Part shown: in pieces, positions 43,133-55,814 of the stretch
Position numbering within the stretch: position 1 is the stretch's first letter
Layout of the letters: the number at the start of each line of letters is the position of its first letter
Source of the DNA: Amoebidium appalachense
Taxonomy: Eukaryota; Protista; Ichthyosporea
DNA length: 64,000 nt
Assembly: GCA_963693365.1 (NCBI GenBank)
Contig: CAVNZM010000016.1
Location: forward strand, 5,324,543-5,388,542
Direction: 5' to 3'
The notes under the pieces: generated by a model
The model's input: only the letters and a program-made list of their open reading frames with translations
Told to the model about the DNA's origin: nothing
Database searches by the model: none
Translations under genes and position numbers: made by a program

Positions 43133-43872
43133 CTGTGGGGATTACAGATAGGGGTTAGGCTGTGTGTGTGTGTTGGGGGGGGAAGGGATTAGAGAGGGCG
43201 GGGAGAGTGGGAGAGAGGGGAGAGAGAGAGAGAGAGAGAGAGCGAGAGGGGGGGGGGGGGGGGGGGAGAATGAGAGAAAGGGAGAGGGGAGAGAAGAGAA
43301 AGAGTGAGAGAGAGAGTGTGTGTGTGTGTCGTGTCTTACAACTATTCCCGATCATACGCCCAAACGGCTCTCCTTCCCTAGCCCCCCCCCCCCCCCCCCC
43401 TTGTCCATTTTTTCTACTCGAGCCAAAAGGGAGGAAGGGAAGCAAAGGGACCGGGAGGAAAGGGAAGGAGGGTGAGGGTGGGTGAGGAGAGGGGGGGGGG
43501 GGGGAAGGGAGGGGGGGGGGGGGGGGGGGGGGGTTTGAATGCGTCAAAAAGTAGGGGGGCATGGGTGGATGGGGGGGAATATAAATGGGGCGAGATGGGA
43601 ATTTCACCACAGGGGGCTTCCTTTTAAAAGAAAAAGAGAGAGAGAGAGGAGAGGAGAGAAAGAATGACGGAGAGGAGGGTGGGGGGGGGGGGGGGGGGGG
43701 GGGAAGAGGCGCAGAGGGGGCAGGGAGGGAGGGGGTTGTGGGTGGATGGGTGTGTAGGCAAGTGGGTGAACGTGTGGGTTCAACCGGGGCCGGGCTTGCG
43801 GAGGGGGGGGGGGGGGGGGGAGGGGAGGGAGAATGGGGGGGGGGGGGGGGGGGGGGGGGGGAGACACCTCAC

Positions 43873-44655
43873 GATCCTTTCTTGCTTCGGGAGTCTCGTG
43901 CCTGCGCTCCTCCACCTGTCGGCCTGAACCCACCCATCGTCAGAAGCCTGCCTGGTGCATAGGTCAAAGCGGTAGTGCAACACACGGGGTTTGAATGTGT
44001 GTTGTCCTTTCTAGGCTATGTTGTTGTTGTCAATATAATTAGCATCATTATTGTTGGTTTGATTATTGTTATTTTCTTTTTTTTTTTGGGGGGGGGGGGG
44101 GTGGGTAGGTGGGTGGGTGGGTGGGTTGGGGGGGGGGGGGGGGGAAGAGAGGGGAACAGGAAATGGGAAAAGGATGTGTGTATGTTTGTATTCTCTTGTC
44201 AGTGCCCCCCCCCCCCCCCCCCCCCCCCCCGAAAACCCCCCTGCGGCCCCCCAACCCAACCCTCCCGCCACCCCACCACCAAACACCACCAAACGTAAAG
44301 ATAGGAAGGAAGGGTCGACGGTAGGAGGGAGTGTGAAAGTTGGCGGTGGGAGGAAAGGATGGCAGGGCTGGGGGGGGGGGGGGGGGGGGGGGGGACGGAG
44401 AGGAAGAGGCAGGCGGCTGAGGGGAGAGAAGGTTCGTAAAGTCAGGTTCAGATAACCTGGTCAGAACCCAGAGGTGTCCAGAAAGGTATAGAAATACCCA
44501 GAAAACCCCAGAAAAACGTACAAGGCTCAGGCTGGCGGATAACAGTAATGCTCACTGGGCCCCTGCCGAGGTCTCTGTCCTGAAGCTCTTTCTGGGCCAG
44601 CTTGGTCTCCTCCATAGTGTCATACTCGATGAACCCTGCAGGGGGAGAGGGGAAG

Positions 44656-44700
<45 letters not shown>

Positions 44701-44976
44701 GGGGGGGGAGGGGGGGGGGGGGAGAGGGATGGGGACAACGGGTGGGCGGGAGAGGGAGATATGAGTGTGAGTGAGTGAGTGTGTGTGGGTGGGTGGGTGG
44801 GTGGATCTGTTGGGGGAGTGGGAGGTGGGTGGAGGGATGGGTAGGTGGGGGTGGGTGGGGGGGTGAGAAAAGAGAGGTGAGATGAGAAAGATGAAGTGGA
44901 GGTGAGATGAGAAAGATGAAAGAGGGCTGGTGTGTGAGTGAGTGAGTGAGTGGTTGTGTGTGTGTGTGTGTGTGTG

Positions 44977-45058
<82 letters not shown>

Positions 45059-45796
45059 TAGTGATGTGAGTTGGCCGGGGGAACTTTGGGAAGGAAGGAG
45101 TCTCAGACATGGGACAGGCAGCTGAGAGGGAAGGTGGAGGGGGCGGAGGGGGGGGGAGGGAGGATTAACCCTGTGCCGAAAGAATCGTGTGTGTGTAGGG
45201 GAAGGTGAACCAAGGAAACCCTTCAGTAGGTCCATTGGTGGCGACAAAACAGGCAAGAGCACAAGGTCTGTCTCTGGGCAGGTGGAGAGTGGAACGACAA
45301 AGTTTCTTGGAGGCGAGAGGAGGGTTGGGCCTGAAAGAATCAAGGCCAGGAAAAACTAAAACTAAACTACGATGAATCAGGTTGGTTAGTTCCAAGTGGA
45401 AGGAATTCCCTTGGGGATTATAGGGCTGAAAAAAGCGCAAAGAGGATGGGGGGGAGGGTGGGGGAGAAGCCAAGGGGCCAAGGGGAGGGGGAGGCGGGGA
45501 TTGAAAGTAATGCGTAAGCGTTGTTGACAGCAACCATGTTGTAGAGCAATACTGAAAGACTTGGTGCGAGGTTAACGCAAGTTGAAAACAGCGCTGGTCG
45601 ACAAAAGAGGCGAATTCATCTCATACTTCAGCTCATCAACCTCTTTCAAGTAACAGCAAGGGTGTAAAAACGCTTGCCACCTACCGAAGCCGTCTTTGAC
45701 GATGATGTTCTTGGGTTTCCCATACGCAGAAAAGAAGCCCGTAAGCTCTCCCTCCTTCCAGTTGTATGGAATGGGACTAATGTGAATGCGTGCCAT
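43873..45796 (-). CDS. RRM domain (SR-protein-like) plus linker exon(s), putative 5' part of the GCH1 transcript. Exons 45796-45685, 44635-44522, 44367-44295, 43951-43873 (alternative model 44635-44556 plus 44010-43873)
   Basis: MARIHISPIPYNWKEGELTGFFSAYGKPKNIIVKDGF-G-FIEYDTMEETKLAQKELQDRDLGRGPVSITV has RNP2- and RNP1-like strands. RNP1 is split by a phase-1 GT-AG intron. The linker ends KQERI|gtgag, in phase with the [11 protein letters not shown] exon. Confidence 0.72.
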
Positions 45797-46699
45797 GTTG
45801 CCAAAGGATGTCACAAAATAGGAGCACAAGGGTAAGCGATACAATGCTTTCAAAAACTTTTGAATTCTGAAAGATAGAAGAGAAACTCGTTGCAACGGGA
45901 AGGGTAGAATAGTGAAGTGTACGTTTTTATATATTGTGTGTGGGAGGGATAAAAAACAAAAGCAAAAACAAAACGCAGATGACATGCAGCGCAGCGCAGA
46001 GCGGCTGGTACCGGTGCTTGGGAATCTCGTAGGCGATCCGATTGGCTAACGAGTATAACTCGAATTTGTGGCACCCAATCATCTTTAGAGCCCTGGGAAA
46101 TGAATTTTAAACCGTTTTGGTTAAAAAGTTCTGTAAAACTAAATTTTTATGTTATCCTAAATTACTTTTAAAATCCCCATCAGCGCTTTCTTAATCGCCC
46201 AGATGCGCCCCCCTTTTTTTCAGCCCGTCCTAACTTTCGGTAAATATTGTGCGATGGAATCTTGATTTCACAACATGCTTTTACCTGCAGTTTGATTGGC
46301 TTAGAAAGCACCTCTGTGATGTCATAACTTGTACACGTGCGCTGTGTTTTGGAAGATGACTTGGCAACTTGCATCATGATGCTCACTCTCTCACATTTTG
46401 AGTCCGAAACTTGCCCGCATGGTCTAATTCAGTGAGAAGTTATGAACTCTGAAAAAATAAAACTAGCTATGGAATACAGCCAATATCTATATATACTTGC
46501 GATTGGACCTTAATGGGCTTGCATGTGGCATGGCATTGTTGCGTGTTGACACCTGGTGCATGCTAATTATTCCCATGCACCATGGGGGATAGGCAAGAAT
46601 GGGCACGACAAATGGAATCGGGGAATGTCACGGCATGCTGGCAATCGAATGAGGTAAAATCCACACCAAAGGGAATTGCTATGATAATCTACCTCAGTT

Positions 46700-46930
46700 G
46701 GGTGCTTCAAAGGGGCGGGTGCTTCAAAGGGGCTTCCTCAGATTTTCAGTTCAGGCATCGTAGATTATATGGCACACCAAGGTACCAGTAGGTCCGACGC
46801 ATTGCCGCAGCAACACCAATAGCGTGGTCCAGACAACCCAAACGCTCATATACAGTTGTTTTCTTTCAAACTTGCAGTCCCGTATAACATCAACTAAGTT
46901 ATACAACATACCAGCAGGAAGATGCAACGA

Positions 46931-46963
<33 letters not shown>

Positions 46964-46997
46964 CATGCGCGCGCTGACGCACAATAACACACACACA

Positions 46998-47054
<57 letters not shown>

Positions 47055-47083
47055 TCACACACTCACTCACTCACTCACTCACA

Positions 47084-47126
<43 letters not shown>

Positions 47127-48462
47127 TTTCGCACGCACCTACAGGTACACAAATAGCGCAGACACACACACGGGGAGGGGGGTAATAGTAACTGGGGGGG
47201 GGGGGGGGGGGGGGGGAGAGGGGGGAGGACACCTACCCACCTCTTTGGGTAGGTGGGTGCCTCCCCTCCGGACAGGCGGGGGGGGGGGACCCACCCACCC
47301 CTCCGGTTGGCAGGGGGAGGGGGGAGGGGGGAGGGGGGGGAACTTACCCACCCCATAGGCTACCATCATGTGACTACATCAGATAATCTGATTATACATT
47401 AGTACTGTATTTTAGCAGCGGTTTATGTACATTGCCAAAACACAAACATTGAGGCTAACATTATCATAGGAGTCCTTGATCACTTGAAACTCAGGCTATA
47501 TGCCGTACGGTCATTCCTCCCCCCCTCCCTCCCCTCCCCCTCTCCCCTCCCCCCTCCTCTCCCCACCTACTTGAGAGGGGGTGGGAGGGGGGAGGGGGGG
47601 GGGGTGAGGGTCTTTAGAAAATGTTGCAGAGCATAATAATGGTACAAATTTGCTGCGGACAACACAAAGCAGAACGGTTGCAACGAACATACAAAGACTA
47701 TGCATCCGGCAGAAGAAGAGCACCGGCACGAAGGGGCGGGAAGTGTGTGCGCGCACATCTGTGTGTGTTTGTGTGTTTGTGTGTGTGTGTGTGTGTGTGT
47801 AAGTGTGTGTTTGTGTGTGTGTGTGTGCGCGCGCACGCCCGCGCGCGCGTGCGTATGTGGTGCATGTGTATGTGTGTGCGTTGTGGGAGAGGGGGGGGGG
47901 GGGGGGGGGGGGGGGCGGATGGAGGGGATATGCATCATTGGCCAAAACAGAAGCAATGTCTCCAGAAAGAAAAAAAAGAAAAAAGGTAACGAATACGGCC
48001 TTTGGTGAGTGGAATAAAGAATCTGGCCATGATCACGGGCACCGGGGGGGGGGGGGAAGGATGGGAGGGACCCACCACCGCACTTGCCCAGGTAGGTCCC
48101 TCCACCCCCTGGAGGGGTGGATCCACCCAGTTTGCGGGTAACTTGGGGGGGGGGGGGGGGGGGGGGGACCCACCAACCCCCCGAAGGCGGTGGGTATCCC
48201 CCCCCCCCCCGGACCCCAAGAGAGGGGGGAGGGGGGTACCACCAGGCGGGACTTCGATATTTACTACTTCCCCCCTTCTTATTTCAAATTCAGAAATCGC
48301 CAAAGTGTTTCATTTGCCCACGCTAAACTGCCAGGAGAAAGACACTCCCATTTTCAAGTCGTGCTCGGTGCACACATGCACGCATGCTGTTGTGACACAT
48401 CCACGCTCGCTGAAATGCTCACACAGGCATGCACCACTTGCACACACACACACACACGCACA

Positions 48463-48495
<33 letters not shown>

Positions 48496-48933
48496 GCACA
48501 CACGCATGCACACGCGGGCGCGCACGCAAACACACACATACGCACACACACGCGCACGCGCACACACGCACACACAGACACGCGCACACACGCACAGTCG
48601 TGGTCACTCAGGTGCATGCTTGAGGTGTGCAGTACCATCCATGCACTTGCACATGCAGGCTTTCTCGAGATCTCCCTCCTGAAGGTCACACTCTCATCCC
48701 CCCCCCCCCCCCCCCTAAGCACCACATAATCCTCTCTCTTTCATACCCTCCCTCCCCCCCCCCCCCCCCACCACCACCACTACCAGAACCATGGCACATA
48801 CACGTGCATGTCACGGTATCGCCAAAAACTGTAACACACACACGTCAAAGGAGAGTGCAGGAGGCATCTGGGGACACTCACTAGGCACACTCACGATACC
48901 ATACACGCGCGCACAGGTGCGCGCAAGGGGAGA

Positions 48934-48971
<38 letters not shown>

Positions 48972-49348
48972 AGTGAGCACGATACCGTGGCCCCAATCAC
49001 AAATTTGAGCTGCTGTCGGAACGAAGTTGGTGGGTGGGGCCCAGGGAGGAAGAGATGCGATTAGGAGCCGCACATTCGGTGCTTTGGGGGGAAGGGGAGG
49101 GGGGGGGGAGGGGGGAGGGGGGGAGCGGGGAGGGGGGATGTAGCACTCCTGCATTTAACATGTGAAACAGAGGAGAAAGGGAGAACCCCTTCCGCCTCCC
49201 CTCCCCCTCCCCCCAGCCCTCCCCCCCCCCCCCCCCCCCCGGAGCAGGATCCCCCTCTTCTTCTAGACCCAGAAGGTGAAGGGACGGGGATACGGCCAGC
49301 CACAGGGGGGTTTCAATTTCCTTTTGCCTTCCCGCCCCCCTCCCTCCC

Positions 49349-49417
<69 letters not shown>

Positions 49418-49800
49418 CGTATTCAACAATCCCTTTCCTCAGTTGAGATAGGTTGATCTGTTTTTGCTGGTTATTACGGACTGGTGTGCCAGCGTGATTC
49501 GTGCATGTGTGAAATCGTATCATCTTTTCACTGCCCAACGACTTAAAGCCCCGGGGCTTCATTTAGGGTTCCGGGCTGGGTCAGTCCCGATAGGGATTTG
49601 TGCCATATGATGGGCGAGATGCGCATCAAACAGCATTTTGGCCCAGACACGAAAGGCCCATAAATCGACCCACGATCTAGAAATCTTCTTTAAAGGGTCC
49701 TTCATAGTTTTGTGTTTGTTAGAGGTACACAGCCGGGTTGCATGTGGATCCGAAGGCAACCATTCGATCCAGGTTTTGTTAATAAATAATTTTACATGGA
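46700..49800 (-). pseudogene. Possible decayed HECT E3 ligase fragments
   Basis: Collinear frameshifted peptides F*IVGRFMGL/MLFDAHL, VITSKNRSTYL, SFRQQLKFVIG and *KKTTVY resemble successive HECT N-lobe motifs. The match is by eye only. Confidence 0.3.
47170..48300 (-). mobile_element. Second, inverted, one-end-truncated copy of the non-autonomous TIR element at 58715-60678
   Basis: 47371-47520 is the reverse complement of 59585-59725, 47345-47372 of ~60455-60480, and 48230-48300 of 58715-58795. It lacks the nested 715-bp insertion. Confidence 0.8.
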
Positions 49801-50188
49801 GCCTCACTCTTACAATTCAACACATAGAAATCAACTGAGCTATGCCGTGTGCACGGTGACCTGGATGTTGATATGCCATATATCATGATATTTTTCGGTT
49901 TTTCTAACATCGTAATCCGGGTCCATACCAGAGTTCTTTGAGTGCTCACGAGCCCCAGGAAGCCACCTCAACCGTGCAGACTAAGCCCACGGTACAGAAA
50001 TGACGGAACATGCAAATTAATCATTATTTCTTTGTTTTTACACATGTGCACAGCCACTGTGGTTATACTCTGTACGTGTATATCCCCGTGAGACTGTCCC
50101 AAAAGAGTGCATGTCAACTTAATTTTAACCGGGGGAGTTTTAGACCAATGGGTATGCAGAGTAGTGAACGGTGTGTGTGTGTGTGTCT

Positions 50189-50230
<42 letters not shown>

Positions 50231-50278
50231 ATGTGAGGACGCGCGGCGTGCTTTGGGAAGCTAGGGCTCCCAGGGGTG

Positions 50279-50323
<45 letters not shown>

Positions 50324-50332
50324 GGCAGAGGG

Positions 50333-50655
<323 letters not shown>

Positions 50656-51101
50656 GGGAGAGGAAGCTAGCGCTTAGCAAATAGAATGTAATGAAGACAC
50701 TCAGCCATGAGTATAGGCATGTCACAACGACATCACGGTAGATGTCTATAGAAAAGGGCTGTGGGGCAGGATATACGACGTAAAACAGCAGGAATCATGA
50801 AATTTTATACTACACGATCGCACACACGATGTAGCCTGATATATACTGAGGTAAGTTGTATAGTATTACACTATCTGATTACCCCCCCCCCCCCCCCCCC
50901 CCCCCCTCCCCCCCTCCCCGGGCTAACCGTTTGGCACCACCACCAAATTCACATGCACAAGCGCGCATGCGCAGGCGTGCGCGCGTACACACATGCACAC
51001 ATACGCACGCACGCACGCACGTACGCACACGCACCTATGCATGCACGCCCGCGCACACCACACACACGCACACGGCACGCACGCATGCACACACCCACAC
51101 C

Positions 51102-51200
<99 letters not shown>

Positions 51201-51971
51201 CTACAATCTTGTCCCCAGTGCACATCCCTCAGTCTGTCTGCCTTTAACTTTCCCCAAGTTTCCAAAATTGAGACCTCCCTCCACAAAAATGATGAAGAGT
51301 GGGAAAAGAGATCTGGGGCCGAGGAGGGGTGGGGTGGGTGGAGGGACGGGGGGGGGGGGGGGGGGGGGGGGGGGTTTGAGGAAAGAGGGCATAGTAGTCA
51401 ACGGGGTTGAAGAATAACATTTTCTACGACTGATCTGTTATTGTGACTGTTTGCGGCACACAAAACAACTCCGGATTTTTTTTAACGCCTTTTTTACTTC
51501 GAAAACGGGATCCTGTCGGAGCCTGTAGCCTAAGCATTAGATGGAAAATTTAACGTGAACACACGAGGCTTTACTTGGAGGAGTATTTCAGTCATAGTTT
51601 TTAAGTTTAATTCAAATAATCTTTATTATCATAGTTGAATAAGTTACTAAAGTGAGGGGTTTAGTATACTAGGTACAATGGCCCCCTCAGCTCTAATGTA
51701 AACAAACGCAACCTGAACAGTTATTCCTGTGATCTTGTAATCATTCACAACTGCCATATGATATTGCAATAGCAGTGTGCTTCATTTCAAACAATTTCAA
51801 AACGGTATAAATGATTAGTGAAACCAGTATTAGCAAAGAAAAACAAAGTCACAGAAACGGTCAGCCTCCAAACCTCGCGAATACAGTAAGGAAATTCTTA
51901 ATTACTAAGTAACCAAACCAAACATATCATTATAAGTACCGTACCTAATCATTAGTCACATATTTCCTATA

Positions 51972-53845
51972 TTAGAGATGGTAGCCAATCAGGCGTGCGC
52001 ACGTGTCGACGCTTGCCCACCACGCATTGAGCAGGCGCTGCGGCGTGAATTTTGAACACTTTTCTCCCACCGAGTGCACGGCATACATCGAAATCGTAGC
52101 AAGCCCAATCGTATCCATGTTGAAAGCCGTCCTCCAGCTACCACCGTGGCACGCCCCGTCGGTAAACAGAAGCAGCGGATTTGCCAATGGAAATTTGGGA
52201 TTAGACGCGGAATTCGAATTACGCAGATCGCCGAAAAGAAGGAGGGCCATCACAGCGTTTGATGTTTCCGCCTGGAAAACCTCGAGAGGAGGGAGGAAGC
52301 GGAATCCCTGGTAAGACATCGCAATGCTGCGGTTGTGCGTGACGGACACCGTGGCCGTGCTGGGAGCCACGTTGCTGCTCACCAAGTGTCCGTTGCAGCG
52401 TGCAACCACTGCACGCCAATGCTGCACGCTCTTTGCAAGCGCGTAGTTGGGGCCCTGCACCATAACCAGAGAGTTAATGGCCCAATATTTCTTCCCGTCA
52501 GCCATCTCCACCTTCTGGTTGTCGTGGTATGCGGGCTGCAGATTCCACACGCCGCCGTATTTGGTGTAGGTCATGGGTGTGAGAAGAAGATTCTGCACCG
52601 AGTGGTCGTTGTATGATTTCTGTGACTGGTCGTGCGCGCTCTCGGGTGCGAGGTAGACGTTTGTGGGGGTGTTGAGGTATGCAAGGCACGTGTTTTTGCG
52701 GGCGGCGCAGACGGCGGATTGGAGACAGTCCATACCCATGGCGAGGCGCACGTGCATCTCCCCGTCCATGTAGGCGTAGGCACCAATCACGAGCTGCTTG
52801 TCGGGGTACAGCTGCACAGAGGGAGAGGGAAGGAGTGTAAGTAATATGTCTTATGTAAATTCTTGTGTATTATATAAATATAGTATGTGTGAACTTAGTA
52901 ACGACTTGAAAATAGGCATGTATGATGATAGACAACATGGAAAGCATCTTAGATGAAAACTCCGAGGCGTGCCAAAAAACAAGAAAAACGCGTGCTTAAT
53001 GATAACTGTGCTGCTGTAGATAAGCACAAAAAAAACCTCACCGAAATAAGCCAGTTCTTGATCTCAGGTGTGCGGTTGAGCAGGTTGCACCCAGCAGCCT
53101 CATAAAGCACATCACCCGTGCACTCAGACTGCGGCCTGTCGAGGCAGAAAGTCATAGTCGCCGGGGAGTCCTGCACCGTCGAAATGAGCCGCTTCCAGGT
53201 GGGGGCGTGGTTGAGATCAATTGCAATAATGTTTGCTCCCAGAGCAGCGAGGGTAAGGAAGGGACCCATAGCACTTCCTGCACCCAAAAGCACAAAATAA
53301 CTGTCGCTAAGGTCACGCCATTCCGGGTGGGCAATGCAATCCTTCATATGCTCTGCGCACGTGGGCTCGATGGTACCGGCACGTGCCCACTCCTCGACCT
53401 TTGCAATAAGTTCTGCCCCCTTCAGCTGCTTGCCGTGGTAGGGAACGACAACCTCCTGAGGGATGGCGCTGCGTGGTTTCGTACCGCGGACAACACCCGT
53501 CTCGAACGTGCCGGTGAAGCGTTCCATAGCATCGGTCAGGCTGTATATCCTTCCATCGCGTGCAAACTCGAAGCGTTCGTGCATGTAGGTAAGCCCTGCC
53601 TGTGCGACTGCAAGAGCAGCCTCCGGGCTCTTTGCGCCAACCAACGTGGCCTTATGCACGTGTTTCTGGTAGCCAAAACGCCAGTTACGCTCGTTGCTGC
53701 ATGCAATGGCTGTGGCGGGGTCTGCGGCTGCAAGAGCAACGGAAAAACATTCGCGTCCGAGAGTGCTGCTCGTGCGGTTACCCTTGGCGTCGAGTGGGAA
53801 AATAATGCCGTCGGGCTTAGGGGCGGTCTTCTGCTGGGGTGCCAT
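51972..53845 (-). CDS. Uncharacterised 547-aa protein with a Rossmann-like glycine motif. Exons 53845-53042 and 52811-51972
   Basis: Two long ORFs joined by one phase-0 intron (TCG|gtgagg...gcag|CTG). Motifs ERNWRFGY, FVLLGAGSAMGP..LGANIIAIDL, QGPNYALAK, VSSNVAPST and HGGSWR. Confidence 0.88.
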
Positions 53846-55642
53846 TTTGTATGTGTTTTTTATAAGGAGAAAGCGTGGCAAAAATGAATGTTTGTGAGGG
53901 AGGCTACGCGTTTTATATGCTCTTACTGAGTTTCAGTTGACTCCAGAGTCGAGACTGTTGATCTGATGGGAAAGTATTCGCCTCTGCTGATTTATATACC
54001 TAAGCCCGAAAAGCACGACGGATTCTGATTGGGTCCTGCCTCAACGTCGATCCTTATGATTGGCTCATGCAGGTTTGCATTGATTCCGATCATCCCACGC
54101 AGGACTCGCGGCAGGAGCGCTGCCGCCGCCGCGTAATGTGCCCACACGTATTGTAGAGCACAAAAATTGGTGCCGATAAATACCATAGTTTTCATTATAC
54201 ACTTATTTATTACTTGTATGTTCGAGTTTGCCGTGCATACAGTAACTAGAAGTGGCCCAAACCTGGCCGGAGCCACATGGGATGTATGTCGGACAGAGGA
54301 GGGTGAAATCGCATATTTGAGCCAAATATAGATGGGGTTTAGTATCCACCAATAGGAAGGCGATGGTGTGCAAAGTCCGGGGTTCTATAGCGATCTATTG
54401 CTATTATTGCAAATTCGTGAGCAATCAATTATATTTCTGATACCCCCTTCAAATTTACCGTTACGCAAAGCGCCGGATGGTATAGAAAACAAGGACGGAC
54501 TTCCCTCTCAGTCGACGTGATGTAGTTTTCCCGTGTTTACTCTTCGGGTTATGCCCCATTTAGTACTTTGCGCCAGACATCAATCACCACCTTTTTCCCG
54601 CTTCTCATTAGACCTAAACTAGGGCTCGTAGACCGTTCAGCCGTGGCTCATGCTTGTCCAGCATGCGTGCAGGAGAAGCAAACGCTCAAGGCTGGTGATG
54701 GTGTTTGCAGTGCGGGGGTAGAACACTGCCGAGATGAAGGTGTCTAACGTACAGGAAAAGGAAACGCACTTTGCCGGAATAAAAATCTTCCAAACGGTAT
54801 GCTTGCGCGGTAAGCCTTGCGCGGTAAGCAACAGGGTCTGCCAGATCAAAAGGTCTTCAGGATACAGCAGCCAGCGGTGCAGGGCTAGTGGCTTCCGGTG
54901 CTGTGTGTGCATGCCTAGTGCTCCTGTAATAGGTTCAACAGCTTTGGTATTGAAGGCTGCAGCTTCGTGTTTCTTTGCGGTGCTACAAAACGAAGTGACC
55001 TCGATCAGGGAAGGCAACGGCTGTTGTCATGGCATTCTTGGCTTTGTGGTAGCCGGAAAGGAACAAAGCCCACCGTAACCAGTTGCTCCAACTAACTGCT
55101 TGACGTAGCAGGGGTAAGGGGTAACCAGACAAAATCACTATCTGATTAGCTTTGTCACACTTTGTGCGATATTCCGTCTTCCCCCCCCCCCTCCCCCCCC
55201 CCCCCGACCCCGGGCACTCCCCGGCCCCCGTTGTCTCACACGGACGCGATGGTGTCTGACTGTGCACTTCCGTCTAGACTAGCTGTTCGTGGTGTTACTC
55301 CTGTATGTGGGTACGAAGATGGTGTTCTGAGTTGCACGACAGACACTCATTATGATATTGGGGCCCTGGGGGTAAGACAACGGTGGTGTACATAGTAACT
55401 AGTCTGTGCTTGTGTGTGGTGAGGGGGATGAGAAGTGGTTGTCAGTGAGCCTGGACAAACTTGGAATAAGCTTTTACCGTGTTTGTGTGTGCTTGAAGGC
55501 CCGAAGGGGAGAGAGGGGGAGGGGGGGGGAGGGGGAATCTCTAACACTTTTCTTCTGGCAAGCTAATGGTAAGGTGTTTAGCTTTTTCATGAGCTGTGGT
55601 GGGGATTGTGTGTGTGTGTGTATGTGTGTGGTGAGAGGGTGT

Positions 55643-55673
<31 letters not shown>

Positions 55674-55679
55674 GGGGGG

Positions 55680-55814
55680 GGTGAAGGCGAAATACGGTAC
55701 CAAGTACACATACTCGATGAGGAGCATGGTGCAGGACAAAAGCAAAGGCAAGCATTAAAAGGCAACATCAGCCATGCGCACAGTATGCGCCATAAGCAGA
55801 GCCCATCCTCAGGG
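55680..55814 (-). repeat. Copy of dispersed repeat family A (intergenic)
   Basis: Ends cataagcagagcccatcctcaggg and is flanked by poly-G on both sides. Confidence 0.8.

Noticed and set aside
43868-43915. Alternative GCH1 upstream exon VEERRHETPEARKDRE
   Set aside because: It has a weak acceptor context and an in-frame stop just upstream. The KQERI|gtgag frame has a better donor and a better fit to GCH1.
54637-55130. Coding-like unique sequence, including FYSGK reminiscent of a Harbinger transposase
   Set aside because: The motif is too short and no DDE context could be reconstructed.
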